A stretch of 63,602 nucleotides of DNA, counting the filler, from Hausera hauseri (Eukaryota): the NCBI GenBank assembly GCA_046269625.1. It is 10 parts of 10 records of this genome, joined end to end, with 100 filler letters (N's around TTAATTAATTAA, not from the genome) between each part and the next. Parts side by side here need not be neighbours in the genome. Positions count along the whole stretch, not along the records: positions 25,922 to 33,399 come from JBJURY010012345.1; positions 33,500 to 38,861 come from JBJURY010271064.1; positions 38,962 to 43,002 come from JBJURY010800645.1; 7 more parts are not named here. The stretch is one strand, 5' to 3'. The translations under genes were made by a program, and so were the position numbers. Below, one piece after another: positions 27,314 through 39,289 of this stretch. The notes beneath the pieces were generated by a model, which was not told the origin of the DNA, ran no database searches, and saw only the letters and a program-made list of their open reading frames with translations. How positions within the stretch are numbered: the stretch's first letter is position 1; each line of letters starts with the position of its first letter.

Positions 27314-30300
27314 ATGTGGAGGAGGAGGACCAGTGCCATAAAGAGATAACAAAATATTAAAAAATTAGTCCGGACACGTATGTGTGTCCAACGTGTGATG
27401 TTCCAACCCGCTGTCTGTACCCCGACTTTTATAAGATGCACAAGCATCATCTCGGTCCGTTCACGCGGCCCAAGAAGATGATGCATGTGCATTGTTCCAC
27501 ATACCAACACTACTGTAGTAATAAAGTGCACAACGTTAGTGGTTGTCATAGTACAATGGAGCAGTACCATGGCATAACTACAACGCTGCACAATAAACGG
27601 GCCTACCTTTGTCTCGGTTGTTCAGTATTTGAAGCTCAAATCAACTATGAACAATTTTGTAATCTGCACAAGGACCACTTAAACCAGTTTAAGAGGTCGA
27701 AGAAACAAATATTTGTGAACAGCAGCAGCAACATTCTGTCAACAACAAAGAGTAGGAAACGTCAATTTAATCAGAAACAGTACCGAGCAGCAGCAGCAGC
27801 AGGAACAGCATCAACAATAACAGGAGGCCAGTATTCCCAGCATTACAGTCAAGTACGATCTGAACAGATCATACGTGGACATGAAGGTGGACATGTCGGC
27901 GAAAACAGCAACGCAACTGAAGGATGTACCTGCTCATGTGAGTAACCGGTTGGAAACAGAGGTGGCCAAATTCCAACACCATCACTGCAAAGTGCAATAT
28001 TATTCACTTGCAGAATTTGAAAATTAGGAAGGTGACAGGAAACAATGGTACCAAGATTTTATTGCCGACGTAGGAGAAAAGCTCAAGGAGAAAATCGCCA
28101 ACTACACTGAAAGGATTAGTGGATGGCGAAGAATACGAATTATCACTCTCGGCTTTATCATAACAAAGTCGAGTGATATGATATATTTGTCTAGACGATC
28201 ATTCATACCCACACCTGCAGCTCTGAAGCAGTCTCTGGCGGTAGTAAATGTAAAAAATACCAACGATGAATACTGCTTTATTTACAGCATTCTCGCGGTA
28301 TTGAAATATGACGAAGTAGACAGACATAGTGCATTTCGTACTAAACAGTATAAAAAATATTTTTCCGAATCGGATTTCGATGAAAGCTGGATGCCGATGA
28401 AACTGAAATCTATTCCGACTTTTGAACGGCGTAATCTGACACTGGAAGTCAATGTGTTCCGGTGCAACACAATCGCAGAAATACCGGCGGATGAAGAAAT
28501 TTACAAAAATCGTAGTCGGCACCCAAATGGCCGCCGCTCAGTAAATTTCTTGCTACTGGAACGAAAAGAAAAGTACCATTACGTTGCAGTGACAAATCTG
28601 GACAGACTACTGAACATGAAGCCTGACCATTTCCTCCAAAAACGGATAAAGTGTAAATGGTGTCCTGTATGTCTTCATGAATTCTGGTCGGAAACAACAT
28701 TGGAGAAACATGTGACTCTGTGCAGACAAAATTCTTCGGGAACCACAATGTATGTCATGCCCGTCAAAAAGAAACTCAGGTTCACTGATTGATCAAAAAC
28801 AGGCAGTCGGGCATATATAGTATATGCCGATATTGAAGCTATCTTTCCACGGCACAACATATATGATTAAAAACATGTTCCAATCGCCGTCGGTATGTTG
28901 GTTGTCCCAATAAGAGCCGCATGTCGTCAACCTCAATATTACGTTTTTCATGGCTGAAACTGTGTGTGTGATTTTCTGCAGCAGCTGGAAACAATAGTAG
29001 AAACGAAAATCGCACCATGGTACAGTAGAAATAGCAATAAACCTTTGACGTGGACAGATGAAGATGAACGCATGACGCTTGCAGTCACAGATGAATGTTA
29101 CCTATGCCACAAAATATTACCTTTTGATGCAGAGGAAAGGCTGGTACCGGATCACGACCATTTTACCGGGCGATACCTCGGAGCTGCATGCAATTCGTGC
29201 AATTTGGCAAAGCGTGTGCGGCCATTCCTGCCGGTGATTTTTCATAACTTCCAGGGTTATGATTGTCACCATATTCTGAAATTGGCCATAAACGGTTTTC
29301 TACACTGGTGACTATCTATAATTCCAACAAAGATGGAGAAGTACTTGTCCCTGTCGGCACGCATGAACCGGTTCCAGGTACGGTTTCTTGACTCATTGCA
29401 GTTCCTCAATGAGTCTCTAAGAAAGCTCGTAAGTGCCTTGCAGGATATGCCGATAACGCTGACGCAGTTCTCTGCGCATATTGCACGCAGAAAAGGCATA
29501 TTCCCATATGACTTTGCTGTGTCGTACGAGCGGCTTGAGACAACAGATGAATTGCCGCCACAATGGACCGGAATCACAGAGGACGAGTACCACAAAGCAG
29601 AGGAAGCGTGGACAGAGCTCGGCAGCAGAAACATGTTGGAGTACACGCTCCAGTACCTGAAACTGGACGTTTACTTGTTAGCCGATGTATTTCAGACATT
29701 TCGTGCTAAGGCGTTGGTGGACGATAGGCTAGAGCCGCTAAACTTTTACTCCCTGCCGGGGATGAGTTGGGCATCGACACTAATATCGTTGGTCAAGGAA
29801 ATTGAGCTGCTGCAAGACCCGGAAATGTACCGACTATTTGATGTTGGTATTCGTGGTGGCATGACATTTGTCAACAAGCATCACGTAACTAGTGATAACG
29901 ATGATACAACGTCAATTTCGTACATCGATATTAATAATCTGTACGGCTGAGCGCTTTCGCAACCCTTGCCGCACGGTTAGTTTGAATGGTTAATGGACAA
30001 ACAAGAACTGGATACATTGTCGGACAGTCTGCCAGCCGCAAACATGACAGAAAGCAGCTCAGTCGACTACCTAATGGAAGTCGATCTTTTGGTACCAGAT
30101 GAGCTGCATGAGGCTCTGGACGAATTACCCGTGGCACCACTCAGCCAATGACAGCCCGGCTCAAAATTAAAGAAACTGCTCACGACGCATGAACCCAAAT
30201 CCAATTACGTGGTTCATTGGCGTCCACTGCAGTTTTACGTGCAGCTCGGTGTACGCGTCACACAGCCGTATCGCGCAATCAAATTTAATCAGGCACCGAT

Positions 30301-31158
30301 ATTTAAGGTGTACATTGATGGAAATTCAGAGAAACGAGCCGCAGCTTGTACAAAGTTCGAAAAGGACTACTACAAGTTGAAAAATAATTCTCTCTACGGC
30401 AAAACAGTAAAGAACCTCAAAAAATGACTCAATATGCACCTATGTAACAGCGGAAAGCGGCTGGTTACGTAGACCAGCGAGGCTCAGTTCAGGCGGTCAA
30501 TGCACATTGCCGATGGATTGGTTGCAGTGTTGTCAAACCGGGAAGAAGTCGTACTGGACAGACCAAGCTATATAGGACAAGTGGTATTAGACCTGAGCAA
30601 GTTGCGAATGTACGAGCTCCGGTATCGCGGCCTGGCACGCTACCGGCAAATGTTCGACGGCCGCGAGATCAGTATCGTTGCCGGTGACACAAACAGCCTT
30701 TTTTGAGCTGAGAAACGTCAATCGCTACCAACTGATCCGGCAAATGATGGCAGATGGACTACTTGACACATCCAATTCCTCACAAAATCATCTGCTATAT
30801 AGCAACGACATGAGGAACAAAATCGGCTGCTTCAAGGATGAAAGCGAAGGCCGTGTTCAGTATCAAGAATGGATATTCCTACGCCCAAAGTGCTACAGTC
30901 TCCTGACGGACTGTGGACCGAAAATGCGCGCAAAAGGCTTTCAGCTGGCCCAGACAAAAATCGACCACGGTGGTTATCGCTGTATCTACGAAGAAGGAGG
31001 ACAATCAAAGGCTGTTGTGTCTCAAACGATCATCCAATCGACTGAGCACCAGCTGTATACGGTAACGAATAAAAAGTCGCTTTATCATGCAATGATGATA
31101 AGCGTAAGTGGGTGGGGCGAAATAAGAGGTGGGCCTAGGGACATTGGCTTTTGGAATA
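27314..31158 (+). pseudogene. protein-primed family B DNA polymerase polyprotein, Polinton-type, copy B (about 1280 codons, many stops and frameshifts)
   Basis: Cys/His repeats; SGW; OTU-like NDEYCFIYSILA...HYVAV; C2HC finger; ExoI YADIEA; HNH/EndoVII insert; ExoII FHNFQGYD; KGIFPY; ExoIII YLKLDV; IRGG; motif A DINNLYG; motif B KLKNNSLYGK; motif C GDTNS; LRPKCY. Confidence 0.94.
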
Positions 31159-31494
31159 AAATAACATACGTTTAGTGTTCACAAACAGATCAGTGCAAAA
31201 ATGCAATTCAGCCCAGTTAGATCATTGACATTTGTGATCTTTATTTTACATTCATCTACTGTACATGTTTTGTTATATATGATCAATAACGTATTTGTGC
31301 ACTAGTTTTTGTCTTCTGTTTTATAACAAGGAAATAGGACTCAGTTTGATTATCGAAAATAAATTAAAAATCTGATTTTACTCAAAAACTGAAATACTTT
31401 TCATTATTAATCTAAAACACAACACCAAAAACTCAAATAAATTTTATTATATATCATAAACTGACAACACCAAAAACTAAAAAGAGTGTGTCAA

Positions 31495-32060
31495 GTCAAT
31501 TCATTAAGGTAAACTTCCCCAACTTCCACACTGGAGATTTAATACCACGTAGCTCCATATATCCTTTCAGCTTCATTCACTGCTGTTTGTCCACTTGCAC
31601 TCACAATTTTCGCCACGTTGCCTTTAAGTAAAAGTGGGTATGTGTCCCGAATACCATTGGACAACATTAAATCATTGTCCACTTTCTTTATCGTTTCCTC
31701 AAATGCATCCAAGTCGCTGTCACCGATTTTCTTTGCAAACGAGTCATATTTTACTTGCTTCATTTTTATCGGTGTTGATAATTGCACTAGAATGGAGGTT
31801 CGCAGGAAGTGTATATTGTACCCGTTGTACACTATGGACTGTATGAGGGAATGAGGACCGTACGTGGACTCACTGTTGCTTCCTAAATACATATTAAGGT
31901 CAAAAAGTAAAAATGAAATGGACTTATTGCAACCTGGCGCAGTTGAACTGTCGGTGTTGTTGTTGTTTCTGCTGCAGCAGATGCTGTTGTTTTGTTGTGC
32001 AGACATTGTAGAAACAAAGAGAAATGAAAAAACATCCATATTTATACCAAATTTGCTCAA
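31495..32060 (-). CDS. hypothetical protein convergent with pPolB (3' frameshift)
   Basis: 173-aa ORF with a syntenic homolog at 20887-21084. Confidence 0.6.
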
Positions 32061-32414
32061 ATCGGTTTACTTTCGTTGTAAACAATGGACCAAATATGTA
32101 CAAACCGGTTTGCTTTAATTAGACAAACAGTGTACAAACGGTCAATAACACACGTGACGCCGTCTGTATTAAAAGTCATTCGTAATAAATGCACCTGCTG
32201 CTCTCGAAATCAATTCAGTATCAAGTACTTTCCATCATACTACCAAGTCGGAAATTGATAATCAATCAAAATTTTGCAATTGCTTCAGTTGATTAACTAT
32301 TTCCATGATGATTAATATTATTTCCTACCAATATTTATAGTTTTTGAACTATTCAACTAACCATTACGGCGTAACTTATTTACAGAAAAAAAAGAAAGAG
32401 AGAAATGCATTTAT

Positions 32415-32909
32415 TTATTTGCATGAAATGTAGTCAATACAAAGCCGTAGACATTTTTTGTAAGCATAATTTGGTCCATAATCACGATATGGACATATAA
32501 TGTTGTCAAGTACCATCGCCAGCGAGCTCTTTGATGTTAATGTTGAATACGTCGTCATTCACAACTCTGGAAACTGTGAATGGAGTTGTGTAAACCTTTG
32601 CCCGTCAATTTGATTTTTAATGTAAAATATTGTATTTTCAATGTCAAAACGATTACAAATATCTCCCATAATATACGTCGCACAAAAAATTGAATTGCCT
32701 TCGTACAAAAAAAGTCCGTGACGATGTTAAAAGAGAAATCCGTTTGTAATTTTCGCTTTTTCCGTCAGGTCATTCCACACAATACCGGGCTTGAATATGT
32801 AGAGAAGCGGTTTGAAAATGTTACCGACGTCCATAATGCATAATACCCTTATCAGGTACCGGGCATTATCATCTTGGAAAGCTTCAATATCTATAAATCC
32901 TGTCGCCAT
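32415..32909 (-). pseudogene. DEDD/DnaQ-like 3'-5' exonuclease
   Basis: GFIDIEAFQ ExoI-like start, YIFKP..W..L, (stop)HRHGL..YEG and a Cys-containing tail; pattern typical of small exonucleases in invertebrate endogenous DNA-virus elements. Confidence 0.6.
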
Positions 32910-32994
32910 TACTTATCTCTGATACAAAATCATTTTTTGTTTATAATACAAGCATAACAACTAACTAGTATTATTGTTATTATCATCACAATCA

Positions 32995-33399
32995 TTAAAC
33001 ATAGGTGGTTTTGTCCATATCACCAAAGACGAATTCTTTGCGTTCATTTCGTGTTGATTCATTGATACAAAACAATCCCCATTGTTCCGGTGACATTACA
33101 CTAAATTCCACTTCTTCGCATCGAAGAAAAACTATTTGTGCGATTGCACTACCTTTCGGAGAAGCATACGGTTCCCTGGATTGGTTTTCCAGAAACACCT
33201 TAATTTCATCACAAAAGTCTGAATCAATGACACCCCCGCCCACACCGTCAGTCCGAGCTTTGCCAATCCGCTTTTCGATAAAAGTTGACCGTAGTAACCG
33301 GATGAAATCGCTAATTAAATCTCAGTCGTTATACATTTGATTGTGCTGTCCGAAATTGTCGTATTGACATTGGAAAACACATCGTAGCCTGCACTGTTT
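32995..33399 (-). pseudogene. dut: dUTPase
   Basis: motifs SAGYDV, GYYGQLLSKSG, GGVIDSDF, IAQIVF and R..FVFG; one stop and one frameshift. Confidence 0.9.
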
Positions 33400-34446
33400 N
33401 NNNNNNNNNNNNNNNNNNNNNNNNNNNNNNNNNNNNNNNNNNNTTAATTAATTAANNNNNNNNNNNNNNNNNNNNNNNNNNNNNNNNNNNNNNNNNNNNT
33501 TATAAATGTATATATAACGTAAAGTAACTAACAGTTTTAACTTAAGGAGATTGATAATATCACTAGCACTAAATATCCACCAAAATGGTGTATCAGTCGC
33601 AAATCGTTATTTACATATATACAAGTCACAATCCAGGTTTTTAAACATATATAACAACCTTATCCAAAAGTAATGCATTATACCCAAAACTAATGACATT
33701 GTACTCACCTTAACACCAAGTTGATGAATTAAAGACTTACAAAAATCAGACAAGGGAACAAAAAAAAAAAAAGGAAGATGGTGGAATAAGCATTTAGTAA
33801 TATCAAGCTTCTCATCAGGGGGAATTACTCAATATTACGCTAATAATTAGGGTTTCGAATAATGTATCAGTCAATTAATGGGATACATCAAATTCCCCTA
33901 CCCTAATTAAAACCAATGATGTGAAAAAGATAAAAGCCAAGAGCATAGCAAAAACCATACAAATGAAAACAAACCTACAAAAAAAATACAAATATTCATG
34001 AAATAATTATATTAATTACAATTACCCAATAAATATTTAATCTTAGCACCAAGAAACTTCAATATGGATTAATTGATTGAAATTACCAAAATTTTAATTA
34101 AGAATAACCAAAATACACAATAAGTATAGGAATTAAATTAATACAACTAGAAATCAGATTAAGTATAAGCATTACAATATATGATAAATGTAATTAGATA
34201 TCCTAAGAATGGCATATAAAATGAGCAATTTCAAAACTCAATAATAATATAATGCAAACAGGAGAGCTAACAGGACACAATAGGCAACATTTTTTTTTAA
34301 AAAACGAGGGTGCCTACAAAATTCATTAGAGACAAAATGGGCAACCTTTATTTAAACTGAGGGCTGCTACAAAACTCAGCAGAGACAAAATGGGCAACTT
34401 TTAAGAGAGCGCCTACAGAACTCAAATAACACAAAATTTGCAGCTT

Positions 34447-34872
34447 TTAAAGTAACTGAGGGTGATGACAAAGCTCAGAACTAGATTTTAAGATATTTTT
34501 AACAGAAAAATTAAAATTAAATTTATTAAAAATATTATAAATTAAAGCTGGAGGGAAGTCACTTTCCAAAGCCTGTTTAATATTTAGTAGAATATTATCT
34601 TTGACAAAATCAGATGAGCAAAGTTTTTTAATTCTACAAAAATTATTAATGAGCAGGTTACGATATACTGAAATATGCAAACATGATGAAAAGTTTGTAT
34701 AGAATGTAACCTGAAAAGGGAAATAATTCTTCTTATTATATATATTAAACAGTAATTTATTATTCATAATTTTTATACGAAGGTCCAGAAAAGCAATTAC
34801 ATTATCCTTCAAGTGATTAACAGAAAGAGTTAAATCAGCCGGATATATAGATGGTAAAACATCAATAGAAGA
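34447..34872 (-). mobile_element. Penelope-like element RT thumb/C-terminal fragment
   Basis: IYPADLTL, IAFLDLRI, IYNK..FPF, SSCLH, RIKKLCS; cut at the transposon terminus. Confidence 0.7.
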
Positions 34873-35740
34873 GGGGTCATTCCATGTCAAATCATCCAGG
34901 GCATGAAACCCACCGTCTCAGATTTTAATGAAATTTTTTGTAGTTGTAGTTTTCACCATTCTTATTAACAATATAAAATTTCACTTCCATATCTCTAATA
35001 CTTTTTGAGATAAAAAATATTGAAATAATGAGAAAATTGACGTAAATTGCATTTTGAAGGCTCCGTATTCAAGAGGCATTATTTTAGAAAAAAAATCATA
35101 ACTTTGCTCATTTTCAAGATATTAAGTTGAAATTTTCACTGAAATGTAAACAAAAGAATGGGGATACAGGAAAAAATTAGTTTAATGATGATATTTAAAT
35201 CCAAGACCCCCAAAAAATTATCTTAACTTTGTTTTTATGAAATTTTTTGTGAGAAAAACGATACTTTTTCAAATATGTTTTTAGACATGAGGCAGAGGTG
35301 TTAACTAAGCAATTTTTGCTTTAAATTATTCTTAAATGTATAAAGTATAAGTATGTGAAAGAAAAATTGTGGCTTTTTGAGTGCTAATGCATTTATCTTG
35401 ACAAAAATCAAAATATTTGACGTATTCTGCATAAAATGCCGTTGTATGTGCAAGCAGCAGTGGGTATCCTAAAAAGGGCTAAATTAATTATTTATTTGGT
35501 AGACTCACTTTTAAAAAATACATATTTGAATTTCTGTTTATCCTATTGTTCAAATAAAAAAAAACTTTTATCACATAATAACTCTAAATAATTTAAATGA
35601 TATGTGATTTGTTTGCATAGATGTATGACAAAATATGAACATAAAATTCCATAAATTTTTAAATGATCATAAACAATTGAAGTTTTAAAAACTATAACAG
35701 TAGGTCATCTTAATATAATATAGCTTTTAATATCTACCTT

Positions 35741-38298
35741 TTAATTATAGTGGCGTGTTTTCTTTAATAGTATTATGTACTGATGTTGGATATAAATAGA
35801 GTCCTTCTCAAGAAAATAATGTGTTCTGCCAGATCCTTTTATTACTAGAGCTTCATCACAAACTATTATATTGGATATAGGTATAAAACAAATGTCTTCT
35901 CTAGAAGGCCAGTGAAAAGATGGTGCAGGACCACAAGGATGCAAAAACTTAACTTTAACATCCCCTTCATCTTCATGTTTTGACAAAACTAAGCAAAAAA
36001 CCAGTTGTTGGCATAAATACAAGCAATAAAACTATGTACACAGATATCTGACATCTTCATTAGAGATTGATCTCCTAAAAAATAGAAGATAGTGCAGAAT
36101 TTATCATCATAGCTTATCCTTTTGGTCCCAATGGCATCTTCTGATATGGGCACAAAATGATGAAAACTGCATGTGCCAGGGACTGTTTTTGTATTAGAGA
36201 AATGATTATCTAATTGCTGACGAGCATTTGAAAGTGTTTCTTTTTTTATAAGCCAAAATTTAATGCCTTCAATTTTAGTCCTGCAAAATGATAAAAATTT
36301 TTCAACAGAACCAATTACATTACCAGGACTCAATTGAAGACTTGCTTTAGTGACTAGGTCTTTAACAGTCCCACCAATACCATCACAAGGTGATTTACCA
36401 TGGCTGGTTGCAAAAAAAGTCCATGTGGCAGTTAATTGGAAGTCTTTTGTGATGGCAAAGATTGATAAAATTCTTACAGTTTTTATATTGTGCTGCACAG
36501 CCATCACTGTAGTATTGTATTTTTTTTTCACAGTTGGAAATGATTCTTTAAGGTACTTTATAATCAACTTTTGGGTTTCATAGACAAAAGCAACATCATG
36601 TTCTAAATCATCTGATATCATGCATAAACTTGATGTGATAAAGTCTTCAGAATATTCATTACAAGTGTAAATTATTACTGGATGAAGAGAACAACTGTCA
36701 GATGTCCAGTGGTATCCTTGTACTTCATCTTGAATTACATAAGAATAATTTTCACTGAAATCAAGGAGGGCTACAGCAGTATCAGGTTTCAAATTTGTTT
36801 TAATATCTTTGAGGTATCTAGCTTGGGATTTTGTGATGAAAGAATGGGGCAAAAGTATCTCCAGACTTCTTATTAATGTTTCCAAGTATTCTTCGAAATT
36901 CACTGTGAACTGAACCTGCTGTGTCCTATCAGTTGACACCCAAGAACTATAAGTAACTTCATCAGTAGGATCCCATTCTTCAAATTTTCCAATTAGAAAT
37001 CTTTGGAGATTTTCACTTGATGGACATTCGGAGCAGTGACGAAGCATACAGTCTCTGTTATGTTTGGAGCACACTAATTGATTAACTAAGTCATTGTAAG
37101 TCTCTTCTATTGCACAGGCATGGAGCATCAGCATGACATTTTGATGAATAGTGCATACACACTGCAAGTTGGTCGCACCATACAGAATTTTGAAAAACCA
37201 ATTTTCACATTTGGATATCTAATTTGAAAGCTGAATACAACTCATTCAAATTTCCTAACAATAATCTTTTTTGCATGTATTCATTTTTTGAAATGCTCAC
37301 TTTATTCTTTGATCCTGGCATAATTCGTGAATATTCATCATTTTGAAAAAAGTTCCTGACAGTAGCAACCACATCTTCATCATGTGAATGGCCTTTCCTA
37401 GGTTCAGCCAAAGCTATTTAACCTTTGTCTCTCAGAAGTTCTCTTGCTTTTTGCACAGTATAGTCACTAACATTAAATTCCTCACAAACTTTTTTCCTGC
37501 TCCATGATGATGGAACAAGAGTTAAAATCTGTATTTTTTCTCTTTTCGTGATTGTATTATTAAGTTTCATTTTAATTAATTGTATTAGGATATCCAAATC
37601 ACTTGCTTTCTGTGCTATGTCTTTAGGAAGTGGTGTCTGAGATCCACTTTCTGCTGGAAGATCTTTTTCTAATACTTTACTAACCTTTGATTTCAAAGTA
37701 TTACATGCAGATTCAATTTTTCTTTTAGTGTAATGTGTCTTACTGTGTGGCACTACTCCATGAAATTTCAGTGGGACTCTCCTATATTGTATAATGATGT
37801 ATTGATTTCTTCAAGTGCCTCTTGTTTAGAAACAGACAATTCTAAATTGACATTAGCATCATCACTGTCACTAGCCATAGCTTCCTCATGTTCAGTTTCT
37901 TCATCTAATTCAGAAGTATATTGATTAACTTTGTTCCTACAAGCATTACATATTTTCTGTCCAGGAACTGACTTTTCACAATTTGGTAATCTTCTGAGAA
38001 AAATTTACATTGATATTTCTCAAGGATTTTGTAATTTTTTTCTTATGGCATTTAAATGGATCAAAACATGATATCTGGTATGTTTCATACTTATTTAAGA
38101 AAAAGATCTTATGATGTTCACAAACAGTACGTAATAGTGAAGAACTCACTCCACTCCTCAAACTTAAAAGATTAATTTCTGATGTGTTTAATGAGTCAAC
38201 TTTTGATAGATTTTCCACTTGTGTATAACTCTTTTTATGACATTCAGTACCATTTTCTTTTCCAATACTACAAGCTTTACCAGTATCTTCTCTGACAT
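35741..38298 (-). pseudogene. Sola-type DDD transposase (frameshifted)
   Basis: CVCTIHQN, CMLRHCSECP, DFSENY, ISDDLEHD, frameshifted DGCAAQYKN, FFATSHGKSPCDGIGG, FLHPCGP. Confidence 0.8.
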
Positions 38299-38722
38299 AT
38301 TAAATAAAATTTATTTTTACTACTAATATAAAAAAAAATCCTAAGAATTAGGCTTTTACTAGTTTCCTGTTACATAAAAGAAAATAAAAAATACTTTAAT
38401 TAATTAATAGTACTTTACAAATTACTGTAGAACTTTTTAAAGTATTTCCAGCAATCAAATTAAGGAACACCCACAAAATAGTGTCAAAAGAAACAAGAAA
38501 CACCTTCATTGACTAAGAGAAAGAATAAAACTATTTCTGTTTTATCATGTCTGAGCATTGCGAAACATTCATGTTGAGTCATGCATGCAGAAAGATGGCT
38601 CATGTGGAAGGGGAGGAGTTACTTCACTGAGTAATGTTCTGCAATAGAACATGAAAATGAAGGGGGTGTTAAAGTTATGTTTCTGCATCCTTTTGGTCCT
38701 GCACCATATTTTGATGGTTTTC

Positions 38723-38723
<1 letters not shown>

Positions 38724-38764
<41 letters not shown>
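38724..38764. repeat. (AAT)n microsatellite inside the right inverted repeat
   Basis: about 13 AAT units. Confidence 0.9.
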
Positions 38765-39289
38765 GAACATTTGTTTAATACCCTTATGCAATATAATAGC
38801 TTGTGTTGAAGCTCTAGTAATAAAAGGATCTGGCAGAACACATTGTTTTCTTGAGAAGGACNNNNNNNNNNNNNNNNNNNNNNNNNNNNNNNNNNNNNNN
38901 NNNNNTTAATTAATTAANNNNNNNNNNNNNNNNNNNNNNNNNNNNNNNNNNNNNNNNNNNNAGAAACAAAACTGCTAAAAGGAACAGTGTCTGTGAACTA
39001 TTGAATTTTTGTGTGAACAAGACGTTGAATCTTATCAATATTTTTGTTCTCTGCTGTATTTGCTGAAAGTGATTGTCTTGCTTTGTTTGGAGTGTTGTTT
39101 GATAGTCTGCTGAGGTGATTTGGATGAATTTAAATTTTGATTTGACATGTCAGCAGGTTGAGAATTATTTGGTATGTCGATTAGCATAGTTTTTTGAATT
39201 GATGCAGGTTTTGGAGTAGTAGGTTGTCGTGTAGGTAGAATAGAAGAAGAATGAAAGGAGTCAAGATAGGTTTGTTTAAACTCAGCTTA

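Larger units (their letters stand above)
34873..38861 (-). mobile_element. Sola2-like DNA transposon with long TIRs (left about 34873-35985; inner part of right TIR 38645-38861)
   Basis: terminus GGGTCATTCCATGTCAAATC fits GRG; 38645-38861 is the reverse complement of about 35800-35985; subfamily assigned from recalled motifs. Confidence 0.7.

Noticed and set aside
20499-33399. Contigs 3 and 4 as the two arms of one giant inverted repeat
   Set aside because: They are separated by an artificial linker and are too diverged; orientation is arbitrary
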